Shown: positions 36,801 through 44,800 of the stretch, piece by piece
Position numbering within the stretch: position 1 is the stretch's first letter
Layout of the letters: each line of letters opens with the position of its first letter
Virus record (IMG/VR): IMGVR_UViG_3300042564_000827
Coordinates: 1-46,003 of that record
Reading direction: 5' to 3' (one strand)
DNA: 46,003 bases
From: a virus
Taxonomy: Duplodnaviria; Caudoviricetes
Position numbers and translations under genes: made by a program
The notes under the pieces: generated by a model
Told to the model about the DNA's origin: nothing
Seen by the model: only the letters and a program-made list of their open reading frames with translations
The model's database searches: none

Positions 36801-36810
36801 CTACTGACAT
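30856..36810 (-). CDS. Tape measure protein with internal pesticin-like muramidase domain
   Basis: N-terminal tape-measure domain, hydrophobic segments, GPG.GRSDSILAR.SNGEFVVNA repeats, SGVTIASGLDLG...LKPYLG. Confidence 0.92.
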   Translation of the reverse strand: MSVEIKVTADTRKASEDIDRLRSLLKKVQDDATKNSKKAKILDLNDDQVKLEKLSGSIKDLNSKLQKLPKYKLFDDKSLNTTLSQTEQINKNISNINVSASKLGTTLKSAFAVGAVTLLGNSMLRTAQTFESLRTRLNVATGSLNKAQRAFSDIQTFAAQTKFSVDALTDSYARLANTGSGLLQTNGDILNGLEAIANAVTAVGGGDYEIQRVAEAFARMAAEGRVTYERLEPLTTAGISLQKVAAAAGKSWSQWSDKMAQGNLTFEEVYSAFNKLAMSTQGFGGIARKQTNSLSGAFSNLGDAVKGFQDAVINSTGIKDIIISVTNAITSSINLLTRYVRNDLTVAVTQFKLFILQLQIGFLRAKNVIQDFQKTTTRIDFTGWLPDFSKYRLNLSDYLPELSKVQNTIFDFGRFVKKVFFDVYDAVVGNSYWPDTIKGIADWSNRLYGLAFPGIARFADYIQDVFLDIKDAFFMWKEKIDLEIKVIKDIGALNFIEKFFSDVVGAIKDLAGSGLSKSSSIIDSALAAIGRAIRNFAEFAKRSSGDTFGKVANALSKVFSVLMPGVGELSNLASKLQGAFAKIDLPKFEISFAEFRLDVQKKLSNLSLDSLRENLFDIVDDAINVFKNGISSTAIFSSVFQSLGETFGRIVRRALTDGIKTTFEEDIQDIIIAGLLVAFNKGFRQIAVATLVFKLVFGDDADLIDGLSKLKDKIAEFGQSIAQGLGIEGFLPSQGGFIVGLLFGTAALAIASGKMVGLIAVVAKELLNFFILSKIFSPAANAGAAPAAATSGTFLGKAFSGAFGIAAGLAGIFIGSHIADAINESLNVESTWLKLGTTVGAIFMTGWAISAGTAAFATWVSAIVAPAIIMALKRAAIATVLSAALFPPTAAILAAVGSVVAAIVAALSLPVLLVGLGVAAGSSLIYYALFGDKDAKGIEGRVTRFVHWLGEQFKAFSYGLGDMFGAIFDTIGSGIRSSFDYALARARDIKNFFVDKSFNQPAAPINPQQRRANGGRLSGPGTGRSDSILARVSNGEFVVNAKATAQNLPLLQSINSGLPAFQNGGLIDIDFIRRMENGGDSSPKTKGYVPSGKGGVPIESSGVTIASGLDLGSKDVKYLRNLGLPENLVDKLKPYLGKKRFEAQRALKKKPLNISSSDAELIDSKVIPLFAKQTANEFNSLAEVPGIEFDKLPKEVRTAFTSAKYQYGSLFTKDWLMFAARDASRGHYDKAAERFESSNTRYASRRQAEANLMRSAMAKQISPPVLAVREGNTTWSDILEMFKAPRLNMADGIDEAKEKELETAINNNNSDPAAKKRVARTLIGRLLGLPAYADGTEEPINFIKTPNIETDGLNIGKFDGASFIKNQSFTKQLTTDEKLMLGSREMRRELTRHLTENVKSNIGAYFQNENDTVLTASDAVNKGALSGVDLDLFGGKLKGRIKKDGFKVLFTKQFADGGKISGPGNGRSDSILARLSNGEFVVNAKSTSEHLPLLQSINRGMPGFANGTRSPIGSTLSQINPTQNKQTLTIGGKSINIDLEDFFNTLVKLKSENKDLADNSEELAVSFKKSLDTVDNWAIRLAIGTVSIQELSQKIKPLSSDLGKLATDVKISRTQGTTPQFRTDGAGGVDKQTFDRIKNLIVEGLGVDASKNPLFDQQLTVNILKNLDILSTLNSLQAQITSALVSAQEDPAQKILAEDFVKQVSVLIRERLNQLAPETRDPRAPGQFASPASKQLGGDLSRAFVGDFKSGLSDLLKGKITGKEFGTLVVDSFTGKVVDSFTSRLTDSVFSGDFFANIFGGTGQVGEISGGLLSKLLPSTATPNLDTGKPDGLLSILSGPTKAPIPVTVVPGPGSLFKTDGAGGGLFSGITDKIKGFGSGIGDFFSKGFSGFSSLFSFLPGFAEGGAIPSNGSGVTPVLAHAGEIILNEAQQSRVAAAMNNSSQQVVNLNITGDISRQTKSEIYRMLPSIAEGVNSHNREKGIR

Positions 36811-36827
36811 ATTTTGTTCTCCATAAT

Positions 36828-36875
36828 AAAAAAGCCCTAAAATGAATCCTCATTATTAGAGGCCATCCTAGGGCT
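36828..36875 (-). terminator. Long hairpin plus U-tract upstream of the tape measure gene
   Basis: AGCCCTAGGATG-GCCTC-TAATAAT-GAGGATT-CATTTTAGGGCT-TTTTT. Confidence 0.7.
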
Positions 36876-36880
36876 ATTAT

Positions 36881-37219
36881 TTATTTATTTTCGCTAAATT
36901 TCACTGGTGCTGAAACTTCAACAATAGTAAGTAGTACCTGTTCAATGAAAAATGGTGGCGCTTGCTTTGAATAACCAGTATTCAAAATACCAATGTATGG
37001 CGCATCATTATCTATTTTACCAACAAGTTCCCCATTGATTGTAGTCATTTTATATTTCCACCTACTAGCAGCAAAACCTGTATCAACTGGTGTAACAGAC
37101 CTTAAGGCTTCTGTAGTAAAAGCAGTACGCTCACTAATAGTAGCCTCTGCTAAAGATTTGGCTTCTTTTTGAATTCGCCTAATTTCTTTATCAAAATTTA
37201 CTTTAAAGCTTATAGTCAT
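36881..37219 (-). CDS. HK97 gp10-like tail completion protein
   Basis: TPVDTGFAASRW, NDAPYIGILNTGYSKQAP; likely start MTISFK at 37219 with GAGG RBS. Confidence 0.8.
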   Translation of the reverse strand: MTISFKVNFDKEIRRIQKEAKSLAEATISERTAFTTEALRSVTPVDTGFAASRWKYKMTTINGELVGKIDNDAPYIGILNTGYSKQAPPFFIEQVLLTIVEVSAPVKFSENK

Positions 37220-37226
37220 AATTACC

Positions 37227-37547
37227 TCATTCGATTGTTGGGTTCCAGTTATCTCCTCCATTTGAACTTTTAAGTATAGCTAAGAATTCAGGTGTAATCC
37301 TTGATTTTCCATTTCGCTCAATAACCTTGAGTGATTCAAAAATTTCAGATCCCTTTTTCTTAACACCTTGTGCACTTAAAAGCAAAGAGGTTCGATAATC
37401 TTCTCTCCAACCAACAGGTCTAGAAGTGAAGAACTGATTCCATCCTATGAATTCCTCGTAAGGCATTTCATCTAGGAGTTTATAAACTGGCATATGCAAG
37501 TGATATGCAATCTCATAAATAGTCAGTTCTTCAGGTGTTAGTTTCCC
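37227..37547 (-). CDS. Tail assembly chaperone C-terminal (gpT-like) part, reached by -1 frameshift
   Basis: Frame is open from the slippery G-GGA-AAC (37541-37547) through KLTPEELTIYEIAYHLHMPV... Confidence 0.8.
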   Translation of the reverse strand, partial: GKLTPEELTIYEIAYHLHMPVYKLLDEMPYEEFIGWNQFFTSRPVGWREDYRTSLLLSAQGVKKKGSEIFESLKVIERNGKSRITPEFLAILKSSNGGDNWNPTIE

Positions 37548-37828
37548 TCGGCTGCGCCTACCATACCTGAATATTTAACAATTTCGGCAGATAGTGATGT
37601 CAACTCTTCCAACGGAAAGGTTGCAATATCCTCATCTGATAACTCGTCTGCGCCAACTACGGCTAGACGTAGGATCACACGAAGAGTGTTAATCTGGTCT
37701 TCCTCAGAGGTATTCTTTGTAGCCTCTTGGATTCTTAGAACTTCATTTACTGTGAGCTTTTTAATCTCAACTTTATCACCCATGAAGTCAACTTTTTTAC
37801 TAATCTTTTTTCCAACTAAATGTTTCAT
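37538..37828 (-). CDS. Tail assembly chaperone (gpG-like)
   Basis: Between tail tube and tape measure; ends GAG GGA AAC TAA. Confidence 0.8.
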   Translation of the reverse strand: MKHLVGKKISKKVDFMGDKVEIKKLTVNEVLRIQEATKNTSEEDQINTLRVILRLAVVGADELSDEDIATFPLEELTSLSAEIVKYSGMVGAAEGN

Positions 37829-37840
37829 ATTACTTCCTTA

Positions 37841-38086
37841 TTACTTATTATCAATGAATAGATGTTTATTATTTTCTTGAAAATCATCTAGAACTTTACG
37901 TACTGTATGTAAGACAGATAATGTCTCCATAATTTCTTTTCCTGCTTCGCTATTCTTATCAAAGTCTTGAAACCTCTCAAATGATTTACGAATACTAATA
38001 TCAACACTACGCCTCATATGACGAAATGTTGTCTTCATTACAAATGCTTTACTAAATGGTGGTTTATCTTGATCAATATCAACCAT
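37841..38086 (-). CDS. Hypothetical helical protein (81 aa)
   Basis: AAGGA RBS; first gene after promoter copy 3. Confidence 0.7.
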   Translation of the reverse strand: MVDIDQDKPPFSKAFVMKTTFRHMRRSVDISIRKSFERFQDFDKNSEAGKEIMETLSVLHTVRKVLDDFQENNKHLFIDNK

Positions 38087-38129
38087 AATTATCCTTCTTA
38101 TAATACTTATTAATACCTAGGGGAGCCTC

Positions 38130-38157
38130 AGATCTCTCTTTAGCGTCCCCTGGTAAA
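38130..38157 (-). promoter_or_regulatory. Putative phage-RNAP promoter, copy 3
   Basis: Identical 28-mer to 21561-21588. Confidence 0.75.
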
Positions 38158-38174
38158 AGGGGGATTAGCCCCTT
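38155..38174 (-). terminator. Terminator-like hairpin after the tail tube gene
   Basis: AAGGGG-CTAATC-CCCCTT-TT, abutting promoter copy 3. Confidence 0.55.
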
Positions 38175-38180
38175 GGTTAA

Positions 38181-38732
38181 TTAGACTGCAGCTACAGTTG
38201 CTGGACCATAGAACTCACTTTGAATAGACAAAGTCAAAGTAGCTTGGTTGGCATCTGTCAACTGTGGGCTAACTAGCAAAGCTTCCAACTTACCAACGAA
38301 GTAGAAGTTAGAGTTAGCACTAGCACCAAGGCCAGTGGCATTAGTTTCAAGACTTGCAGGTTTAGAATTCAAGAGGGAGAATTGGAAAGCGTATTGCTTA
38401 CCATCACCGACCTTGCCACCTAGACCGCCAACAACAGTAGGATCCCACTCAGAAGGCACATAGTTAATTGTGATTTCTAAGTTAGGTGCATCTGCCTGAC
38501 CCTGAATTTGTTGTGATGTTTTAGAACCATAAACTGGTACGTTAACAATATTAGCAGGTGTGCCAATTTGAGGGAATTCACGAACATTCTTAATTTCTTT
38601 GAACGATGTGTCATCAGCAAATAATGCTACCATTTCTGCCAAGGTATCGGCAGAAGTGATTGATGTAATAGCGGTAGTATTAACTGCGAGAGCAGAAAAG
38701 ATACCAGCGCCAATTGAAGTAATGTGTGCCAT
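38181..38732 (-). CDS. Major tail tube protein
   Basis: IKNVREFPQIG...QIQGQADAPNLEITINYVP pattern and gene position. Confidence 0.85.
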   Translation of the reverse strand: MAHITSIGAGIFSALAVNTTAITSITSADTLAEMVALFADDTSFKEIKNVREFPQIGTPANIVNVPVYGSKTSQQIQGQADAPNLEITINYVPSEWDPTVVGGLGGKVGDGKQYAFQFSLLNSKPASLETNATGLGASANSNFYFVGKLEALLVSPQLTDANQATLTLSIQSEFYGPATVAAV

Positions 38733-38737
38733 GTGTT

Positions 38738-39139
38738 TTAATCTCCATAAGCTTTAAAATTTATTGAATAGTCCCCACGATAAAGTGATTTATCTGCGGG
38801 GTCAGGGCCAAGCTGCATAAGTGTGCTTGCGCCAAATTGGGTTCCATTTGTCAAAGTCTTACCTTGAAATAATGAATCTAGAGTATCAGCAATAGTGAAC
38901 AATTGTGCATCACCATTACCTGCCTTGACAAAGATCGATAGTATTAACATACCTGAAAACTTTTTTCTTAATCCATGAGCATCTATTGTACCGTTTCCTG
39001 GTAGAATACTAGTTCTAATAAAAGAACCTGTAGTGTCTACTGCTCCACTGTAGTTAGAAGGATATGCCTTATATCCTGTAGCTATCCATGCATTTGAAGA
39101 AAGTACTCCATATATGTCTGTCTTTAATTTACTATACAT
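38738..39139 (-). CDS. Tail terminator protein
   Basis: GMLILSIFVKAGNG...IADTLDSLF; precedes the tail tube. Confidence 0.7.
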   Translation of the reverse strand: MYSKLKTDIYGVLSSNAWIATGYKAYPSNYSGAVDTTGSFIRTSILPGNGTIDAHGLRKKFSGMLILSIFVKAGNGDAQLFTIADTLDSLFQGKTLTNGTQFGASTLMQLGPDPADKSLYRGDYSINFKAYGD

Positions 39140-39140
39140 A

Positions 39141-39485
39141 CTATACTCCTGCTAAAGAAAGTACAACAATGAAATCATCCTTAGAGACAATGTTACATCC
39201 GTATTCAACGGAGTTAATAGTTACCCGAGAGTATCTATTAAAGTTTATTGCAACATTATTCTTAATTGTGAGTGTTGTTGTAGTTAGAGGAATACCTGAC
39301 TCATAACTCTTACTTGCAGTAAGAAAACCCTGAGTTGTATATGCCTGATCCGTTTTTACAATCGAACCAGTGCTATAGCTAAATCCACTGACGATCTTAT
39401 TGTCAAAAGTGGCGGTTACCGAAAGATCCTTTAGTTTAGTAAAGGCAGTATCTACGGATTGTTGCACTTTTGTTTTGAGGGACAT
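39141..39485 (-). CDS. Head closure / head-tail joining protein
   Basis: Size, beta-rich sequence and position. Confidence 0.6.
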   Translation of the reverse strand: MSLKTKVQQSVDTAFTKLKDLSVTATFDNKIVSGFSYSTGSIVKTDQAYTTQGFLTASKSYESGIPLTTTTLTIKNNVAINFNRYSRVTINSVEYGCNIVSKDDFIVVLSLAGV

Positions 39486-39983
39486 TTAATTTGCCCTCCA
39501 CCATTGATTAGAACCTTGATTAATTAATAGTGGTTTTAGGTATTTATTAACAAGACTAGGCACCATTGGCGTTCTAGTTGTGTCATTATTACTATCTTTC
39601 AATGTAATACTACCAATCGAAATTTCTTCAAAGTTTTGAGATTTATTATCTAACAAGTTTTCATTAGACAATAAGTGATGTGCCATCTCTAGCACAGCAG
39701 TTTTCATTCTCTTTGGAATCTCTGACTCACCAAAAGTAATACTTAATCCTAATCTAGGATCAAAAGTTGAAGCCCCTTTACGAGGCCATGCAAGACTTTG
39801 TGTGGAACTGACAGCAACACCAATAAATTGATTTTCATCAAGTAGAAGAGTTGCAGTCACTAATGCTGACTCTTGGTCATCGTCATCTGCATTTAACCAT
39901 GCACCCGCATCAATGCGAGTATCAAAGTATGCGTCAGCCTCGACCATAGTTACATATGTGTTTGTACCTAGGACTAGTGCCAT
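39486..39983 (-). CDS. Head-tail adaptor (DnaT-like phage family)
   Basis: NTYVT..EADAYF...W...ALVTAT..LD...QSLAWPR...IP motifs; follows the capsid gene. Confidence 0.8.
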   Translation of the reverse strand: MALVLGTNTYVTMVEADAYFDTRIDAGAWLNADDDDQESALVTATLLLDENQFIGVAVSSTQSLAWPRKGASTFDPRLGLSITFGESEIPKRMKTAVLEMAHHLLSNENLLDNKSQNFEEISIGSITLKDSNNDTTRTPMVPSLVNKYLKPLLINQGSNQWWRAN

Positions 39984-40000
39984 CAGTTCCTCCTAATGGA

Positions 40001-41095
40001 TTAAGCGTGGAGAATTGGCAAGATACCTAAGTTCAATGCATTCATCTTACGTGCCCAAGAACCAGCGGTTCCATAGTTAGAGTTAGTAGCGAAAGCATTA
40101 GTGGCACCAGCCCAGTCGTAGCCCATTGGATGGACAACGAAGCCATAACGATACCAGATAGCAGTAGAACCACCACCAGTATAAGAAGCTGCATTACGGT
40201 CAACTTCAACAGGTGTAGGAACAGCAATATTAGTAAAGCTAACAGCACCTGGCTTGCAAATGAATGTAGTCTTTGTAGAACGATCATTTACGTTAGCAGA
40301 AGCAGACAAGTCACCTTGAGCAACACGGCTCAAGATCAAGCGGAACTTACCACCAAATACGGTTTGGAATGTCAAGTTACCATCTGTAACAGTTGTCACG
40401 TCAACCAAGTTAGCGGCACGGAGTTCGGCCAAAACTTCGGGAGAAGTAATCATGTACATAAAGTCTGGCTCATAGTCTTTGAATGCCATACCAAGAGCTT
40501 GGAACAGGCGTTGACCACGAGCAGCACCAATGGCTGTAGCATCAAACAATTTACGCTGATCTGAGGCAGAGGTAGCTGCAGCAGCACCAAATACACCAGC
40601 AGCATTAATGTCAACGAAGTTACCAGTAGTAACACCATCACCATCGGTATCATAAGCTACCAAACCAGCACCACGAGATACTTCGTATGCAGCTACACCT
40701 TTGAGGGTAGCAACGATAGCATCAGATTCGTCTTGGCTACGAACTTCAGAGAAGTCACGAGCAATCTTAGACAAACCGTCTTGTTGAGATACAACTTGTT
40801 GAAGGTTGATTTGTTCTGAGCCAAATGTACGGACTGTTTTAATGTAGTCAGCAATTTCGGTAGACACGTCAGTGTAAGTACCAGCGCCAGAGGAAGAAAG
40901 GCTAGCAACGTTAATGTTAGCAGCCAAAGGTTTGTACCAGCGCATTTGACCAATAAAGCTCTCGCCTGTTGGATCAATACGGGCATCAGTACCAACGATA
41001 CCAGTGCTGTTAAGCTTTTTGGCAGTTGTGTACATTTCGTCAGCGTATGCGGAAATAGCAATAGCTACGTTTTGGAACATTGTGTGTGAAATCAT
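40001..41095 (-). CDS. Major capsid protein
   Basis: 364 aa, strong codon bias, VEVDRN...GGG...RYGFVVHPMGY C-terminus, follows the scaffold. Confidence 0.88.
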   Translation of the reverse strand: MISHTMFQNVAIAISAYADEMYTTAKKLNSTGIVGTDARIDPTGESFIGQMRWYKPLAANINVASLSSSGAGTYTDVSTEIADYIKTVRTFGSEQINLQQVVSQQDGLSKIARDFSEVRSQDESDAIVATLKGVAAYEVSRGAGLVAYDTDGDGVTTGNFVDINAAGVFGAAAATSASDQRKLFDATAIGAARGQRLFQALGMAFKDYEPDFMYMITSPEVLAELRAANLVDVTTVTDGNLTFQTVFGGKFRLILSRVAQGDLSASANVNDRSTKTTFICKPGAVSFTNIAVPTPVEVDRNAASYTGGGSTAIWYRYGFVVHPMGYDWAGATNAFATNSNYGTAGSWARKMNALNLGILPILHA

Positions 41096-41115
41096 TTAAA
41101 AAATCTCCTGTGATT

Positions 41116-41811
41116 TTAAAGGGTGAAGCTACCAAGCTTTCCACCTGCGGCAAGTGCTAAGACTTCCTCGGTAGTCATGTCAGTAATCTTCTTGTTGGGA
41201 TCGAGTTTGGGAGTACCGTTTATATTGTTACTACCACCCCCTGAATTAGATTTAGGTTTAAATAGGAAAGAATTATCTTCATTCTTTACATATTGTCCTA
41301 CAAAATCCTTGATTGATACGCCAGATTTGTGAATCCATGCACCAGTCTCTGGATCTTGGATGAGTTGATCGATAATATCACGATAGGCCATTTGGCCAGA
41401 TCGATCATTACGGAAATCAAGGCTAGTTAATGCATTACGAACTGCACCATCTCGAGTGAGTTCAGTTACTTTGCTTTCGGCTAACGCAAGCTTTTCAGTG
41501 AGTTCTGCGAGCTTCATCTCAGCAACTTCTTTATGCTTACCTTCGTCCTCTAAAGACTTCATCTTACGTTGTTTAGCATCATCCTCCAGACGAACACGCT
41601 CTTTAACAGCATTGTCACGTTCTTGGTAAGCCTTGTCTAAACTAAGTTTGATTTTAGAAAGACGCTCTTCAACCATACGATTGATTAGGTCTTCTGTCTC
41701 TTTATTGCTAGCGCCTCCACCACCATTATCAACCTCATCAGCTTTAAACTCTGGGTTGGGTGTGTTGCTATCATCGAGGAACTCTTTGTTTCCGAACTTA
41801 TCTACTTTCAT
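41116..41811 (-). CDS. Capsid scaffolding protein
   Basis: Charged coiled coil, FLFKPK..SGGG tail, directly upstream of the capsid gene. Confidence 0.8.
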   Translation of the reverse strand: MKVDKFGNKEFLDDSNTPNPEFKADEVDNGGGGASNKETEDLINRMVEERLSKIKLSLDKAYQERDNAVKERVRLEDDAKQRKMKSLEDEGKHKEVAEMKLAELTEKLALAESKVTELTRDGAVRNALTSLDFRNDRSGQMAYRDIIDQLIQDPETGAWIHKSGVSIKDFVGQYVKNEDNSFLFKPKSNSGGGSNNINGTPKLDPNKKITDMTTEEVLALAAGGKLGSFTL

Positions 41812-41875
41812 CTTTGTTTTCCTTTGGCACAGCCATTTAATTTTAATTTTAGGGTTTAGTTACAAACTTAAACTC

Positions 41876-44800
41876 TTACGGTCCAATTCCATACCAATCC
41901 ATACCCTTAGGTATAGGAGCTAGTATATCTTTTCTCGTAATCTTGTTTCGAGGATTTATTAAGCCATCCTCAATAGCTTTTTGTCTCAAGGCTCTGTAAG
42001 TCTTATCAGACATACCTTCTTTTTTAAGAGCCAATAAAGTTTTTTCTATTGTATCACCTTCTAAAGCATCCGCATAGATTTCTCTAAGGGCTACCTTTGA
42101 CTTTGCTGCAAGTCCGATGTTAGTAAAGAAAGCATCATGAATCGTTGCGGTTTCAACACCGTTTCTACGACCCCATAGATGATATCTTCTAACAATAGAG
42201 GCATCATTCATGTGGTTACCATTAACCCCCATGCCAATACCTGCTCTCATCAAGCTTGATTTTCCTAGAAGTGAAGCATCTTCTGCTCGATCTTCGTAAA
42301 TGTTACGGACCATCCTACCAGCTTCTTTATCAAAGAATTCAATGCTAGTTTGGACTTTAGGTCTATATCTCTGGTATAAAGTCTTACCATCAAATGTTAC
42401 CCAAGGCACATCGACCTTTTGAGTTTCATCAACGTAAGCTTTAGCAGCTTCTTTCCAGAATTGTACGAATTTTTGAGTTACTGGTGCTCTCTCAGCTAAT
42501 CGTCGAGACATGATCTCTGACACGGCCTTAAAGTCTTGAGGCCCAATTAGCCCTTTACGAGCATTCATTAACTTATCGACAAACGCTTCTACGTCTGGGT
42601 GAGAATCACGAGCATGCGCTAAAAGTTCTTGCCCCACAGGGGTTTCACCTTCAACAACCTCATTTAACTCACGTTTTAATTGTTTAAGACCAAATACAAC
42701 ATTATCGGCACCTAGCCTATCTGCATCTTTGATCTTTGCATCTATAATATTAGTTACACCACGAAGTTCTTCACGGGTAACAACAGTATATCCTTTTGTC
42801 TCTAACACAGAAGCAAATTTAGCTTCAATGTTAGCGGCTTGTGTTGCTTTACCTGCACCATAGAAAGAAACCATGTTCTGTGCCTTAGCTGCTTTTTGCA
42901 GATCTGTCCACTGTATATTGGCTTCTCTTAGTCCTTGTATTTTCTGAAACTCTGGATCAGACACTGTGTCCATAGCTACTAAGTCATACAAGCGATTTTT
43001 CTGTAATGTAGGTAATACATTTGAGTTGATTGAAATATCTCTATCCCCAGTACTTAATCCGATAATTTGAGCACCAGAGGATGAAGCATCATTTTCAATC
43101 ATTAGTTTTGTTTTATAAGTTGCTAACTTTTTTAAATCAGTAAAGTTACCATCAACATGATCGTATATACGAGCATACTCAATAGCTAGCCTAGCAATCT
43201 TTGGAATCTCTTCAGCCTCTTGTGAACGAATAATAGGGTGCTCTAAAAAGTCCCTAATACGCCTATCACGTTGAGTAGTCTCTCTCATGAGACGACCTAA
43301 GCTTAAAATGTCTTTTTGATTTCTCATAAAGATTTCCATACGACCTGCTTGTGTTAATGCCTCTGTAGCTGGACCTATCATAGATCCAGTTTGAATCATT
43401 AACTCCTGAACAATTTCAGGTGTAACGGCCTCTGCCTTAACAGTATTTAAAAATGGACGAACAACTTCACCGCCAGTTGGTGTTAGGAATCCTTGATAAT
43501 ATACACGACCACGACCATCGATATTAGCAACAACGCTAAATGGTTTTCCATTATCTCGATGATATTTTACTGTCTGTATAAAGCTATAGCCTTGATCACC
43601 ACGAGTTAAAATAAGTTTTCTAAAGTCATTTAAGTCATCATACTTCTTTACATTCCCACGGGGATCTCTAAAGCGTACAACATCTTCCATAAATCCAGCA
43701 TACTCGTTATCAACTTCGTATTTAGTCGCCATAGTATGATTAAGCATATTAGCAAAATCATTATCAATTAATACTTTATCGTAGTTAGCATTAGCCCTAC
43801 GAGTAATAATAGGTATTCCTGTATTTTTTCCACGAGCATCAAAATAAGTCTTTTGTCCAGGTCTAACAAAGATTTTATCTCTGTCATTTACAATACCTAT
43901 TCTTTGACTTACAATCAATGCCCTATTAGTCCTTTGAAGGTCAAGCATATCTTTATTTAAGATTTGAACTTCACGACTAATTGTATCTCTCCAAGGACCA
44001 CTTGCACGACCTGTCTCTAAGTCTACAACTGATCTCCTTGTCTTACCTCTCTTAACTACTCGAATATAACCTGAGTCTTTAAGTGCAGTTAAGATCTCTG
44101 AACCATCTGAATGATAGTCCTTTAGTGTTGATTTGAAGAATGGGAACTCTGGATATTTCCAGTTACTCCTTAATTCTTTACCAATGTTAATTGCTAGTGT
44201 ATCGTAGTCAGTAGATTTTCCATCAGCCACAACACCTAGTACTCTAGATAAAGAATCAATAACAAATTTATCGTTTGTTCTACCCTCAATAAATTGCTGT
44301 GTATAACTCTGTTTGTTTCCACGATATAATAGCTCTAAGTCTAAAATCTTTCTCCAACCTTCATTCTTTGCTCGAATGAATTGAGTGATTAAGTCTTCTT
44401 TAGGTTTATTTCTATCTAGCCATAGTGCACCACCAGGAATATCTTCTCTAACAAATGTCTCTAGTCTTTTACTAAAAGATTTATTATCTCTTGTAAGTGG
44501 ACCTTTAAACCATGTGTATAGAGGAGTACGACCTGTATATAGTATTCTACGAGCTAGTGGTCTGCCGAATTTTTCATTCCATGCATCTGTGTATCTTTGA
44601 TTAGTTAGTGTATTATTAGTAATCTCATCAAATGTATAGTATCTTCCAAAGATTTGAATCTTGGCAGGTTCACCAGCAACTCCATAGGAGTCAAACTGTT
44701 GCGACCTAGCTCTAGATCTACGATCAAGTATTCGACTTGTATTAACAACAGAGAATTGCATCTCTCCACGAACAACGTTCATAAAGTTAACCCAAGGTTG

